Assembly: GCA_038232515.1 (NCBI GenBank)
Contig: JBBSHS010000002.1
Coordinates: 1 to 61,315 of the forward strand
Length of the DNA: 61,315 bases
DNA from: Acidimicrobiales bacterium
Lineage (GTDB): Bacteria > Actinomycetota > Acidimicrobiia > Acidimicrobiales > JAUJNH01
Direction of reading: 5' to 3'
The translations under genes and the position numbers were made by a program. Shown piece after piece: positions 35,679 through 46,825 of the stretch. Position 1 is the stretch's first letter. Every line of letters begins with the position of its first letter. The notes under the pieces are model-generated. The model was not told the DNA's origin, searched no databases, and saw only the letters and a program-made list of their open reading frames with translations.

Positions 35679-36757
35679 GAGAGCTGAGCGACCCTTCGAG
35701 TCGACAGCAGGAGCGACCGGGGCCCGACCGCCCCTTCGAGCGGGAGTCCAGGAGCGACCTCGTGCTCGGCATCGAGACGTCGTGCGACGAGACCGCCGCC
35801 GCGGTGGTGGCCGGCGGGCTCGACATCCGCTCGTCGGTGGTCTCGTCCCAGATCGACCTGCACGCCGGCCTGGGCGGCGTGGTGCCCGAGATAGCCAGCC
35901 GGGCCCACGTCGAGCTGCTCGCCCCCGTGGTGGAGCAGGCCCTGACGGAGGCGGGCGGCCTCGGCGGCCGTGACATCGGCGCGGTGGCCGCCACCGTCGG
36001 ACCGGGTCTCATCGGCGCCCTGCTGGTGGGCGTGGCCCATGCCAAGGCCACCGCACTGGTGTGGGGCGTGCCCTTCGTCGGGGTCAACCACCTCGAGGGT
36101 CACATCTACGCGTTGTTGCTCGACGACCCGGATCTTACGCCACCGGTGGTGGTGCTGCTCGTCTCGGGTGGCCACACCATGCTCGTCCTGGTCGAGGGCC
36201 ACGGGCGCTACCGGCTGCTGGGCCAGACGATCGACGACGCCGCCGGCGAGGCGTTCGACAAGGTGGCGCGGTTCCTGGGGCTCGGCTACCCCGGCGGCCC
36301 GGCCATCGACCGGCTGGCCGGCCAGGGCGACCCCACCGCCGTCGCCTTTCCCAGAGGCCTGCCCGGCGACTCGCTGGACTTCTCGTTCTCGGGCCTCAAG
36401 ACCTCGGTCACCCGGTGGGCCCGGGCCCATCCCGAGGCCCGGGTGGCCGACATCTGCGCCTCCTTCCAGGAGGCGGTGGTCGACGTGCTGGTGACCAAGG
36501 CCCGCCGGGCCGCCGATCAGGTCGGTGCCGTGGGCCTGTGCCTGGCTGGCGGCGTGGCCGCCAACACGTCGCTGCGGCGGCGGGTCGTCGACGCCTGCCT
36601 CCAGGACGGCCGTCGGGCCCATCTGCCCAGCCCGGCCATGTGTACCGACAATGCCGCCATGGTGGCCGCCACCGGCTGGTGGCAGCTCCAGCGGGTCGGG
36701 CCCACCCCCCTTGACGCCGGCGCTGACCCGCAGATGCGGCTGCGCCTGTCGTCCTGA
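35675..36757 (+). CDS. tsaD: tRNA N6-adenosine threonylcarbamoyltransferase
   Basis: LGIETSCDETAAAVV...HLEGH...VSGGHT...GYPGGP. ATGA overlap with rimI. Confidence 0.95.
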   Translation: MRELSDPSSRQQERPGPDRPFERESRSDLVLGIETSCDETAAAVVAGGLDIRSSVVSSQIDLHAGLGGVVPEIASRAHVELLAPVVEQALTEAGGLGGRDIGAVAATVGPGLIGALLVGVAHAKATALVWGVPFVGVNHLEGHIYALLLDDPDLTPPVVVLLVSGGHTMLVLVEGHGRYRLLGQTIDDAAGEAFDKVARFLGLGYPGGPAIDRLAGQGDPTAVAFPRGLPGDSLDFSFSGLKTSVTRWARAHPEARVADICASFQEAVVDVLVTKARRAADQVGAVGLCLAGGVAANTSLRRRVVDACLQDGRRAHLPSPAMCTDNAAMVAATGWWQLQRVGPTPLDAGADPQMRLRLSS

Positions 36758-36828
36758 CGGCTCCCGGGCCCGGTCGCGGGCACAGCGACGGCTGGGCGCG
36801 TCTGTGAGGATGAGGCAGTGTTAACCCT

Positions 36829-37020
36829 ATGGCCACTTTTGCGATCCGGGCGATGACCGTGCTCGGCGTCGTCGTGATGGCCCTCCTGGTACCTGTGGCC
36901 GTGGGCCTCATCGCCACCCTCGGCAAAGGTGTCGGGGCCTTGGCCGGCGTGGGGTTGGTGGCCTGGCTCACGGTGGCCGTGGCCACGGCGCGGGTGCTGT
37001 GGCTCGTCGCGACGGCCTGA
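36829..37020 (+). CDS. hypothetical small two-TM membrane protein
   Basis: 63 aa, very hydrophobic, high third-position GC. No homology recognised. Confidence 0.4.
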   Translation: MATFAIRAMTVLGVVVMALLVPVAVGLIATLGKGVGALAGVGLVAWLTVAVATARVLWLVATA

Positions 37021-37060
37021 GCGGCCGACCGCTTGCACGGGGCGCCAGACGCGCCTAGCG

Positions 37061-37087
37061 TTAGCACTCGCAAGGTCTGAGTGCTAG
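37061..37087 (+). promoter_or_regulatory. CIRCE operator (HrcA binding site) upstream of groES
   Basis: TTAGCACTC-N9-GAGTGCTAG, against the consensus TTAGCACTC-N9-GAGTGCTAA. Lies 38 nt before the groES ATG. Confidence 0.9.
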
Positions 37088-37124
37088 CAACCAGCACGCA
37101 CGAGTGCCAACGGAGGCAAACCTG

Positions 37125-37418
37125 ATGAATCTGAAGCCCCTGGATGACCGCATCGTCGTCCGGCCCAGCGAAGCCGAGGAAAAGACGGCCTCCGGGCTGG
37201 TCATTCCCGATACCGCCAAGGAGAAGCCCCAACAGGGCGAGGTCCTCGCCGTGGGCCCTGGTCGGCGCGCCGAGAACAGCGGCGAGCTCATCCCGCTCGA
37301 CGTGACCGTGGGCGACACCGTCGTCTACTCCAAGTACGGCGGCACCGAGATCGCCGTGGACGGCGAAGACCTGCTCATCCTGACCAGCCGTGACGTGCTG
37401 GCCAAGGTCGACAAGTAG
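37125..37418 (+). CDS. groES: co-chaperonin GroES
   Basis: [51 protein letters not shown]-like Shine-Dalgarno sequence upstream. Confidence 0.96.
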   Translation: MNLKPLDDRIVVRPSEAEEKTASGLVIPDTAKEKPQQGEVLAVGPGRRAENSGELIPLDVTVGDTVVYSKYGGTEIAVDGEDLLILTSRDVLAKVDK

Positions 37419-39095
<1,677 letters not shown>

Positions 39096-39125
39096 CAGCC
39101 GTCCCCTCGGGGATTGGTCGAACTG

Positions 39126-39155
39126 GAACGGCCGGGCCGAGAGGCCCGGCCGTTC
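39126..39155 (+). terminator. perfect 13-bp GC hairpin after groEL
   Basis: GAACGGCCGGGCC-GAGA-GGCCCGGCCGTTC, about 30 nt after the stop. No U-tract. Confidence 0.6.
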
Positions 39156-39184
39156 CGCGTGCCCCTTCGCTAGCGTGTGCCGAC

Positions 39185-39457
39185 ATGGATGAGCGCCCGC
39201 CCCCCCAACCGGCCAAGCTGCTCAACATCTGGGAGGCGTGGCGGAGGGGCGAATCGCTTCCCGGCCGGACCATGGCCGACCTCAAGTTGGGCGGGCTGCG
39301 GGAGCTGCTCGAAGCCGATCCTGACGAGTCCACCAGCCAGGTCCTGCTGGCGTCGTGGATGAAGTGGGAGAAGGCGCAGGTCGGGCCGGGCGAGGTGCTG
39401 GCCGAGATGGAGGCGGCGGGCGTCGACCAGGCGCTGACCCGGTTGGCCACCGCCTGA
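39185..39457 (+). CDS. hypothetical small protein
   Basis: 90 aa, high third-position GC. TAGCGT box ends 8 nt before the ATG. Confidence 0.45.
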   Translation: MDERPPPQPAKLLNIWEAWRRGESLPGRTMADLKLGGLRELLEADPDESTSQVLLASWMKWEKAQVGPGEVLAEMEAAGVDQALTRLATA

Positions 39458-39622
39458 GAGACGCTGGGCAGCGGGCGCAGATGGCGGACCGCCAGGTGGT
39501 CTCGCGGCCGCCTGCTGACCCTGGTGATCGACCATCCATAGGACAACCTTGGTCGGCGGCGCGCCCGACGCCGATGACAGCTCCACCGCTACCATCCCCC
39601 TATCGGCACTCCGACGTTCTCC

Positions 39623-40042
39623 GTGGCGCCGGCCCGACCCGCCACTCGGGTGACGGCGATGGCCAGCGGAGCCGCTCTGTCCGGCCTGTCTCTGCTCGTC
39701 GGCCTGGTCGACCCCAACCGGCACCACTACTTCGGCGAGTGTCCGTTGCGGGCCCTGACCGGGCTGTGGTGCCCGGCGTGCGGGGCCACCCGGGCCTCTT
39801 ACGCCATGTTCCACGGACACGTGGTCACGGCCTTCCACGACAACGTCCTGTGGTTGGTGCTGGGACCGATCGCCGCCTATGCCTGGTTGGCCTGGGCGCT
39901 GGAGGCATTCGGCCGTCCCGTGCTGCCCCGGGTGCGGGTCGGTCCCCGCTCGGCTTTCGCCTTTCTGGTTGTCCTGGCCGCTTTCTTCGCCTTGAGGAAC
40001 GTGCCGGTGGCGCCGTTCACAGCCCTGCGCCTGCCCATCTGA
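39623..40042 (+). CDS. DUF2752-family membrane protein
   Basis: CPLRALTGLWCPACGATRA motif followed by TM segments. An ATG at 39659 is an alternative start. Confidence 0.7.
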   Translation: MAPARPATRVTAMASGAALSGLSLLVGLVDPNRHHYFGECPLRALTGLWCPACGATRASYAMFHGHVVTAFHDNVLWLVLGPIAAYAWLAWALEAFGRPVLPRVRVGPRSAFAFLVVLAAFFALRNVPVAPFTALRLPI

Positions 40043-40116
40043 GCCGACCCGACCCTTCCGCCAGGCAGGACCGGTCCGGCGGTACGCTGGCTCCTTCAGG
40101 GACCTCAGGAGGCAGG

Positions 40117-41280
40117 GTGGCCGAGATCGAGATCGGGCTGGGGAAGTCGGGGCGCCGGGCCTACGGGTTCGACGAGGTCGCCATCGTGCCCAGCCGGCGT
40201 ACCCGCGACCCGGAGGACGTCGACATCTCATGGGAGATCGACGCCTACCGATTCGAGTTGCCCCTCATGGCGTCGGCCATGGACGGCGTCGTCTCGCCGG
40301 CCACGGCCATCGAGATCGGCAGGCTGGGTGGCGTCGGCGTGCTCAACCTCGAGGGCCTGTGGACCCGCTACGACGACCCCGAGCCGCTGTTCGAGGAGAT
40401 CTCCCAGCTCGACACCGACAAGGCCACGGCTCGAATGCAGCAGATCTACATGGAGCCGATCAAGCCGGAACTGGTGACGCAGCGCATCCGGGAGATCAAG
40501 GAGGCGGGCGTGGTCTGCTGCGCCTCGCTCACCCCCCAGCGCACGACCCAGTTGGCTCCCGCTCTTCTCGAAGCCGAGCTCGACCTGTTCGTCATCCAGG
40601 GCACGGTCGTGTCCGCCGAGCACCTCTCCCAGACCGTCGAGCCGCTCAACCTCAAGCGCTTCGTGCGCGAGCTCGAGATCCCCGTCATCGTCGGCGGTTG
40701 CGCCAGCTACCAGGCCGCGCTCCACCTGATGCGTACGGGGGCGGCCGGGGTGCTCGTCGGCGTCGGGCCGGGCCAGGCCTGCACCACCCGGGGCGTGCTC
40801 GGCATCGGGGTGCCCCAGGCCACCGCCATCGCCGACGCCCGCGCCGCCCGCATGCGTCATCTGGACGAGACCGGCGTGTACATCCACATCATCGCCGACG
40901 GGGGGATGGCCAGCGGTGGCGACGTGGCCAAGGCCATCGTCTGCGGCGCCGACGCGGTGATGATCGGCTCGCCGCTGGCCGCCGCCTTCGAGGCCCCGGG
41001 GCGGGGCTACCACTGGGGCATGGCCACGTTCCACCCGACCCTGCCCCGCGGTGCCCGGGTGCGCACCCCGCCGCGTGGGTCGCTGCGGGAGATCCTCGTG
41101 GGGCCGGCCCACGAGAACGACGGGCGTATGAACCGGTTTGGTGCCCTTCGCACCTCGATGGCCACCTGCGGCTACGAGACGGTCAAGGACTTCCAGAAGG
41201 CCGAGGTCATGGTGGCCCCGGCTCTGCAGACCGAGGGCAAGAGCCTCCAGAAAGCCCAGCACGTGGGCATGGGCCACTGA
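40117..41280 (+). CDS. guaB3: GuaB3-type IMP dehydrogenase-family protein (no CBS insert)
   Basis: YGFDEVAIVPSRRTRDP...PLMASAMD...GVGPGQACTTR...IIADGG. AGGAGG lies 4 nt upstream of GTG 40117. Confidence 0.88.
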   Translation: MAEIEIGLGKSGRRAYGFDEVAIVPSRRTRDPEDVDISWEIDAYRFELPLMASAMDGVVSPATAIEIGRLGGVGVLNLEGLWTRYDDPEPLFEEISQLDTDKATARMQQIYMEPIKPELVTQRIREIKEAGVVCCASLTPQRTTQLAPALLEAELDLFVIQGTVVSAEHLSQTVEPLNLKRFVRELEIPVIVGGCASYQAALHLMRTGAAGVLVGVGPGQACTTRGVLGIGVPQATAIADARAARMRHLDETGVYIHIIADGGMASGGDVAKAIVCGADAVMIGSPLAAAFEAPGRGYHWGMATFHPTLPRGARVRTPPRGSLREILVGPAHENDGRMNRFGALRTSMATCGYETVKDFQKAEVMVAPALQTEGKSLQKAQHVGMGH

Positions 41281-41282
41281 AC

Positions 41283-41311
41283 GGGGGGAGGGGCCAAAGC
41301 CCCGTCCCCCC
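41283..41311 (+). terminator. G/C hairpin directly after the guaB3-type gene
   Basis: GGGGGGAGGGGC-CAAA-GCCCCGTCCCCCC, with one mismatch and one G-U pair. Confidence 0.4.
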
Positions 41312-41328
41312 GGCCCCCTCCCGTTTAT

Positions 41329-41448
41329 GGAGCTCGCTTCGCTCGCCCTCATCTCTCCGGCGAGGACCGGCGGAGCCGGATCCTCGCCATGTGGGGGACA
41401 AGCCCCCCACGCCCCCCCGGCCGGCTTCGCCGGCAAACCCACGCCCCC
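41329..41448 (+). repeat. repeat family 2, copy 2B
   Basis: GGAGCTCGCTTCGCTCGCCCTCATCTC...CGGCGGAGCCGG...GTGGGGGACAAGCCCCCCAC. CCCACGCCCCC at 41406-41416 and 41438-41448. Confidence 0.75.
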
Positions 41449-41517
41449 AGCCCTCGCCGGTGAGCTGGCGAACCGGCGGCTTGTGGGTCGCGTATCCTTC
41501 GGCATGAGCCCGAAGCC

Positions 41518-43071
41518 ATGACCGATGCCCTCGGGCACGACACGGTCCTCGTCGTCGACTTCGGCGCCCAGTACGCCCATCTGATCGCCCGGCGGGTGCG
41601 TGAGGCGCACGTGTACTCCGAGATCGTGCCCCACACCATCAGCGCGGCGGAGGTGGCGGCCCGGCGCCCGGCCGGCGTGATCCTGTCCGGGGGGCCGGCC
41701 AGCGTCCACGTTCTGGGCGCCCCGCGGCTGGACGCCGACCTGTACACCAGCGGGGTCCCGGTGCTGGGCATCTGCTATGGCGCCCAGCTGGTGGCCCAGC
41801 AGCTGGGCGGCGACGTGGCCCGCACCGGCATGGGCGAGTACGGCCGCACCTCGCTCACCGCCGCCGACGTGGCCAAGGCCAGCCCGCTCATGTCCAAGGC
41901 TCCCCCCAGCTTCGACGTGTGGATGAGCCACGCCGACTCGATCCAGCTCGTCCCCGAGGGCTTCCGGGTCACGGCCCGGACCGCGCAGATCCCGGTGGCG
42001 GCCCTGGAGGACGTGGGCCGGCGCCTCTACGGCCTGCAGTTCCATCCCGAGGTGGTTCACACCGCTTTCGGGCAGGAACTGCTGAAGGCGTTCCTGTACG
42101 ACGTGTGTGGGTGCCGGCCGACGTGGACGATGACCAACGTCATCGAGGAGTCGGTGGACGCCATCCGGGCCCAGGTCAAAGGGGAGAAGGTGATCTGCGG
42201 GCTGTCGGGTGGGGTCGACTCGGCGGTGGCCGCCGCCCTCGTGCACAAGGCCGTGGGCGACCAGCTGACCTGCGTCTTCGTGGACACCGGGCTGCTGCGG
42301 GCCGGTGAGGCCGAGCAGGTGGAGGGGACGTTCCGCCGCCAGTTCCAGGTCGACCTGGTGCACGTGAAGGCGGCCGACCGCTTTCTCGAGGCCCTCAACG
42401 ACGTGCTTGACCCCGAGCGCAAGCGCAAGATCATCGGCGAGACGTTCATCCGGGTCTTCGAGGAGACGGCCGTGGACTTCGACCACTCCCGGTTTCTGGT
42501 GCAGGGGACGCTCTACCCCGACATCATCGAGTCGGGCACCAAGGACGCGGCCCGCATCAAGAGCCACCACAACGTGGGCGGGCTGCCCGACGACATGCAG
42601 TTCGAGCTGGTCGAGCCCTTGCGCAACCTGTTCAAGGACGAGGTTCGGGCGGTGGGGGAGGAGCTGGGCCTGCCCGAGGAGATCGTGTGGCGGCAGCCCT
42701 TTCCCGGCCCGGGTCTGGCCGTGCGCATCGTCGGCACCATCACCTGGGAGCGGGTCGAGATACTGCGGGCGGCGGACGCCATCGTCACCGAGGAGGTGCG
42801 CCGGGCCGGCCTGTACCGCGACCTGTGGCAGAGCTTCGCCGTTCTGCCCTGCGTGCGGACGGTCGGGGTGATGGGTGACGAGCGCACCTTCGCCTACCCG
42901 GTCGTCATCAGGGCGGTCACGTCCGACGACGCCATGACCGCCGACTGGGCCCGCCTGCCCTACGACGTCCTGGAACGGCTGTCGTCCCGCATCATCAACG
43001 AGGTGCCCGGTGTGAACCGGGTGGCCCTGGACATCACCAGCAAGCCTCCCGGCACCATCGAGTGGGAGTAG
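41518..43071 (+). CDS. guaA: GMP synthase (glutamine-hydrolysing)
   Basis: GATase domain (ICYGAQL, H.E), ATP-PPase SGGVDS, C-terminal ...KPPGTIEWE. Confidence 0.97.
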   Translation: MTDALGHDTVLVVDFGAQYAHLIARRVREAHVYSEIVPHTISAAEVAARRPAGVILSGGPASVHVLGAPRLDADLYTSGVPVLGICYGAQLVAQQLGGDVARTGMGEYGRTSLTAADVAKASPLMSKAPPSFDVWMSHADSIQLVPEGFRVTARTAQIPVAALEDVGRRLYGLQFHPEVVHTAFGQELLKAFLYDVCGCRPTWTMTNVIEESVDAIRAQVKGEKVICGLSGGVDSAVAAALVHKAVGDQLTCVFVDTGLLRAGEAEQVEGTFRRQFQVDLVHVKAADRFLEALNDVLDPERKRKIIGETFIRVFEETAVDFDHSRFLVQGTLYPDIIESGTKDAARIKSHHNVGGLPDDMQFELVEPLRNLFKDEVRAVGEELGLPEEIVWRQPFPGPGLAVRIVGTITWERVEILRAADAIVTEEVRRAGLYRDLWQSFAVLPCVRTVGVMGDERTFAYPVVIRAVTSDDAMTADWARLPYDVLERLSSRIINEVPGVNRVALDITSKPPGTIEWE

Positions 43072-43076
43072 CCGCC

Positions 43077-43147
43077 CGAGATTGGTTCCAGCCGTGGCCT
43101 TCGCGGCCGAAAATCGACGCTGAAGGCCACCAGGCGACCCAATCTCG
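43077..43147. repeat. repeat family 3, copy 3B
   Basis: CGAGATTGGTT-N6-GTGGCCTTC-N19-GAAGGCCAC-N6-ACCCAATCTCG. Starts 6 nt after the guaA stop. Confidence 0.85.
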
Positions 43148-43201
43148 AGATGTCGAGACCGTTGGGCCGGCGCATCCGGCGAGGGCGACCGGGGTGGCCG
43201 G

Positions 43202-43207
43202 TAGCCT
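43202..43207 (+). promoter_or_regulatory. -10-like box (GG)TAGCCT, 10 nt before the pcrA ATG
   Basis: Same GGTAGCCTGG string as upstream of moaA. Confidence 0.35.
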
Positions 43208-43217
43208 GGTAAGCCAC

Positions 43218-45455
43218 ATGCCGTCAGCCGTCGACGACCTCCTCACCTCGCTCAATCCCGTCCAGCGGGAGGCGGCCACCCATCCCGAGGGGCCGCTGCT
43301 GATCGTGGCCGGGGCCGGCTCGGGCAAGACCCGGGTCCTCACCCACCGCATCGCCTGGCTCGTCGCCGAGCGGGGGGTGTCGCCCTTCCAGATCCTGGCC
43401 ATAACCTTCACCAACAAGTCGGCCGAGGAGATGAAGCACCGGGTAGCCGCGCTCGTCGGCCCGGTGGCCGAGCGCATGTGGGTGTCGACCTTCCACTCCG
43501 CCTGCGTGCGAATCCTGCGGCGTGACGCCAGCCGCCTCGGCTACAAGTCGAGCTTCACCATCTACGACCAGATCGACGCCGTCCGCCTGGTCGGCTACGT
43601 CCTGCGCGACCTCGACATCGACGCCAAGAAGTTCCCGCCCCGCAGCGTCCACGCCGTCATCTCCGCGGCCAAGAACGACCTGGTCGACTTCGAGGCCTAC
43701 AAGGCGGCGGCCCGCACCATCTACGAGCGCAAGATCGCCGAGGTCTACGCCGAGTACCAGAAGCGGCTGCTGGCCGCCTCGGCCATGGACTTCGACGACC
43801 TGCTCAGCGTCACCGTCCACCTGCTGCAGGCCTGTCCCGACGTGCTTGAGCACTACCGCCAACGCTTCACCCACCTGATGGTCGACGAGTACCAGGACAC
43901 CAACCGGGCCCAGAACGAGCTGGTGATAATGCTCGGTTCCGGGCACCGCAATGTCTGCGTGGTGGGCGACTCCGACCAGTCCGTCTACCGCTTCCGGGGT
44001 GCCGACATCCGCAACATCCTGGAGTTCGAGCGGGCTTTTCCTGACACCACCGTTGTCGTGCTGGAGCAGAACTACCGCAGCACCCAGACCATCCTCGATG
44101 CCGCCAACGCCGTCATCGCCAACAACTCCCGGCGCAAGCCCAAGGCCCTGTGGACCGAGTCGGTGGGCGGCGAGCTCATCACCAGCTACCACGCCGAGGA
44201 CGAGCACGACGAAGCGGCGTGGGCGGTGGGCGAGATGGGTCGCCTCCACCACGACGAGCAGGAGCGTTGGGGGGACATGGCCGTGTTCTACCGGGCCAAC
44301 GCCCAGAGCCGGGCCGTCGAAGAGCAGCTGGCCCGCCACAACGTCCCCTACAAGGTGGTGGGCGGCACCAAGTTCTACGATCGCCGCGAGGTCAAGGACC
44401 TACTGGCCTACCTGCGGGCGGTGAACAACCCGAGCGACGAGGTCTCGATCAAGCGGGTCGTCAACGTGCCCAAGCGGGGGGTCGGCGAGGTGTCCATCTC
44501 CCGCCTCGACGCCTTCGCCACCCGCGAGGGGATCGCCTTCGCCGACACCTTGGACCGGGCGGCCGAGGCCGGCGTCAGCGGCAAGGCCCTGAGTGGGGTC
44601 GAGGACCTGCGCCGGTTGCTGATCGACCTGCGCCTGCTGGCCCAGGGAGGTGGCGACGGCCATGGGTCAGGTCCCGGCGTGCTGCTGGAAGAGCTGCTGC
44701 GCGTCACCGGGTACGCGGCCGATCTCGAAGCCGAGCGCACCATCGAGGCCGCCGGCAGGCTTGAGAACGTGGCCGAGCTGGTGGGTGCGGCCCATGACTA
44801 CGAGTCGCTGGCCTCGTTCCTGGAGGACACGGCCCTGCAGTCCGACCAGGACGAGTTGGACGGCGACGACTCCAAGGTGCTGCTGATGACCCTGCACACG
44901 GCCAAGGGCCTGGAGTTCCCGGTCGTATTCCTCATCGGCCTGGAGGACGGAGTCTTTCCCCATCAGCGCAGCCTGGCCGAGCCCGACGAGCTGGAGGAGG
45001 AGCGGCGGCTGGCCTACGTCGGGATCACCCGTGCCCGCCAGCGGCTGTACCTCACCCACGCCTGGAGCCGCAGTATGTGGGGCCAGACGCAGTACAACCC
45101 CCCCAGCCGCTTCCTCCGGGAGATCCCGCCCCAGCTGGTGCGGGCGGCGCCGGACAGCCGGTCGGCCCTGTCGGCCGGATCGTCGCGTAGCCGGGGCTGG
45201 GGCGGCGGCCTGTCGATGCGCGACCGGGTGGTGGAGTCGGCCATGCGCTCCGGACGCGGGGCCACGCCCGTGCGCGGCTCGGGAGCGGACAGCCTCGGGC
45301 TGCGGGCCGGTGACGACGTCGTCCACGGCAAGTGGGGCGAAGGAGTGGTCCTGGAGGTCAGCGGCACGGGCGAGAGGTCCGAGGCCGTCGTCCGCTTCCC
45401 CGGCCTGGGCGAGAAGTCCCTGGCCCTGTCGCTGGCGCCCCTGAAACGGGCGTAA
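43218..45455 (+). CDS. pcrA: ATP-dependent DNA helicase PcrA/UvrD1
   Basis: LNPVQREAA...AGAGSGKT, DEYQDTN, full set of SF1 motifs. ATG 43218 chosen as start. Confidence 0.95.
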   Translation: MPSAVDDLLTSLNPVQREAATHPEGPLLIVAGAGSGKTRVLTHRIAWLVAERGVSPFQILAITFTNKSAEEMKHRVAALVGPVAERMWVSTFHSACVRILRRDASRLGYKSSFTIYDQIDAVRLVGYVLRDLDIDAKKFPPRSVHAVISAAKNDLVDFEAYKAAARTIYERKIAEVYAEYQKRLLAASAMDFDDLLSVTVHLLQACPDVLEHYRQRFTHLMVDEYQDTNRAQNELVIMLGSGHRNVCVVGDSDQSVYRFRGADIRNILEFERAFPDTTVVVLEQNYRSTQTILDAANAVIANNSRRKPKALWTESVGGELITSYHAEDEHDEAAWAVGEMGRLHHDEQERWGDMAVFYRANAQSRAVEEQLARHNVPYKVVGGTKFYDRREVKDLLAYLRAVNNPSDEVSIKRVVNVPKRGVGEVSISRLDAFATREGIAFADTLDRAAEAGVSGKALSGVEDLRRLLIDLRLLAQGGGDGHGSGPGVLLEELLRVTGYAADLEAERTIEAAGRLENVAELVGAAHDYESLASFLEDTALQSDQDELDGDDSKVLLMTLHTAKGLEFPVVFLIGLEDGVFPHQRSLAEPDELEEERRLAYVGITRARQRLYLTHAWSRSMWGQTQYNPPSRFLREIPPQLVRAAPDSRSALSAGSSRSRGWGGGLSMRDRVVESAMRSGRGATPVRGSGADSLGLRAGDDVVHGKWGEGVVLEVSGTGERSEAVVRFPGLGEKSLALSLAPLKRA

Positions 45456-45459
45456 GCGG

Positions 45460-45921
45460 TCAGGCCGGTCTTGGCGTGGCCGGTTTCTCCCTGGTGCTGA
45501 AGGCGACCTGCCAGGACGTGTCGGTGGCGCCGTCGATGCTGAACGCCCACGCGTAGCGGTGCCCCGGCTCCAAGGGCAGCGGGCCGAAGTTGACCACCAG
45601 AGGAATGTCGAGCGGCGTGCCGGGGGCCAGGTCCTCGGGCCGAAAGGCCTGGAAGTCGCCGCTGACGATGAGGGCCTCGTTGCCGTTCTGGGTGGGCAGG
45701 AACACGTGGCCACCGTCCTCGTCGACCAGTTCGAGGGTCCAGTGGAAGGGGCGGTCGGCGTCGGTCCACGGGACATCGACCTTGACGGCGATGGCCATGG
45801 GGGACGGGTCGGGCCCGACGAACGACCAACCGCCGCCGAGGATGTACAGCTTGCCGTCGGCCACCTGGGCCGAGTCGCACAACAGCATGGTGACCTTGGG
45901 TGCGGCGGGATCGTCAGCCAT
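45460..45921 (-). CDS. conserved hypothetical protein
   Basis: 153 aa, clean coding signal (LLCDSAQVADGKLYILGGGW...). TAGGGT box (minus strand, 45930-45935) ends 8 nt before the ATG. Confidence 0.65.
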   Translation of the reverse strand: MADDPAAPKVTMLLCDSAQVADGKLYILGGGWSFVGPDPSPMAIAVKVDVPWTDADRPFHWTLELVDEDGGHVFLPTQNGNEALIVSGDFQAFRPEDLAPGTPLDIPLVVNFGPLPLEPGHRYAWAFSIDGATDTSWQVAFSTREKPATPRPA

Positions 45922-45935
45922 CGTCGGGCACCCTA

Positions 45936-46001
45936 CCGGGGCTTCGCCCCCGCCGGACGAGCAGGTCAGTGTTAGGGCCTACGAGTGGCCCTTCGTGGCC
46001 T
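45936..46001 (+). repeat. repeat family 1, short/degenerate copy D
   Basis: CCGGGGCTTCGCCCCCGCCGGACGAGCAGGTCAG matches the 5' end of family 1. Similarity then decays, and the copy ends in GGCCTAG. Confidence 0.5.
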
Positions 46002-46201
46002 AGACCACCGGCTGGCCGGCGCCGCCGAAGCCGCCGGCCCGGCCACCGCCACACTCGGCCAAGGCTTTCCGCCCCGAAAGCGCTGCCCCATCAGTGAGCC
46101 TGCCGCAGATCTGCCCCGCATTGAACGAATCTGAACCGTCCTGGACCGTGCCGAGGCAGAGCCGCACGGGACGTCCTGGTCGGTAACGCCGGACAACCGC
46201 C

Positions 46202-46768
46202 TCAGCCGGACCGCCTCAGCCGCCCGGGTGACGTCGTCGTGGATGTGGTCGTGGGAGGCGAGGGAACGGCCGGACCGCTGTAGGGGGCGTGCAGGTCGAT
46301 GACCACCTCGGGGCCCTTGTGCACCTCGACGGGAAAGGCGGTGAGCCCCGTCCCGCTCAGGGGGTAGAGGGCCGAGGGATCACACCCGTCCACGAAGCGC
46401 AGACCGGCGGCGTCGTAGCGCACCCCGCATCGCCGGGGCCTTCCGGGCGGCGCCGCCTGGACAGCCCACCAGCCGGCGGCCGCATCGTCTCCTTGGTGGA
46501 GCAGGTACACGTCCTTGTCGCCCTGCAGGGCCTGGAACAGGATCGGGCCGCGGTTGGCGTACTCCTCGGCCAGGAACGATGCCCGGCCTGCCGAGAAGTC
46601 GTTCCTGCCCAGCCCCTTGCCGCCCGTGGCGCTGAGCAGGTTCACCACGAACAGGACCAGCAGCCCTGCGCTCAGCAACCCGAGCAGGCCCGACAGCACC
46701 AGGGCCACGCCCTTGTTGTGCTTCAGAGCCGAAGGGCGGCCCGGCGGACGGAGGACCTGCTGCTCCAC
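46202..46768 (-). CDS. hypothetical membrane-anchored protein
   Basis: The C-terminal 188 codons of the long ORF 46202..48052 contain a TM anchor (VALVLSGLLGLLSAGLLVLFVV) and a plausible globular part. The upstream portion is antisense to sucC. GTG 46768 taken as start. Confidence 0.5.
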   Translation of the reverse strand: MEQQVLRPPGRPSALKHNKGVALVLSGLLGLLSAGLLVLFVVNLLSATGGKGLGRNDFSAGRASFLAEEYANRGPILFQALQGDKDVYLLHQGDDAAAGWWAVQAAPPGRPRRCGVRYDAAGLRFVDGCDPSALYPLSGTGLTAFPVEVHKGPEVVIDLHAPYSGPAVPSPPTTTSTTTSPGRLRRSG

Positions 46769-46825
46769 ACTCCTAGTATGCGGGCTCGTGCCGGGCACCG
46801 GCGACGCCGGACGAACGGGAGCTCG

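Noticed and set aside
41329-41521. Conserved peptide M/L-ELA(S/A)LALIS...CGG(Q/K)AP readable in both family-2 copies.
   Set aside because: The shared blocks are read in different frames in the middle (CGGCGGAGCCGG), the spacing differs, and the rest is Pro/Gly/Arg junk. Nucleotide-level conservation explains the match.
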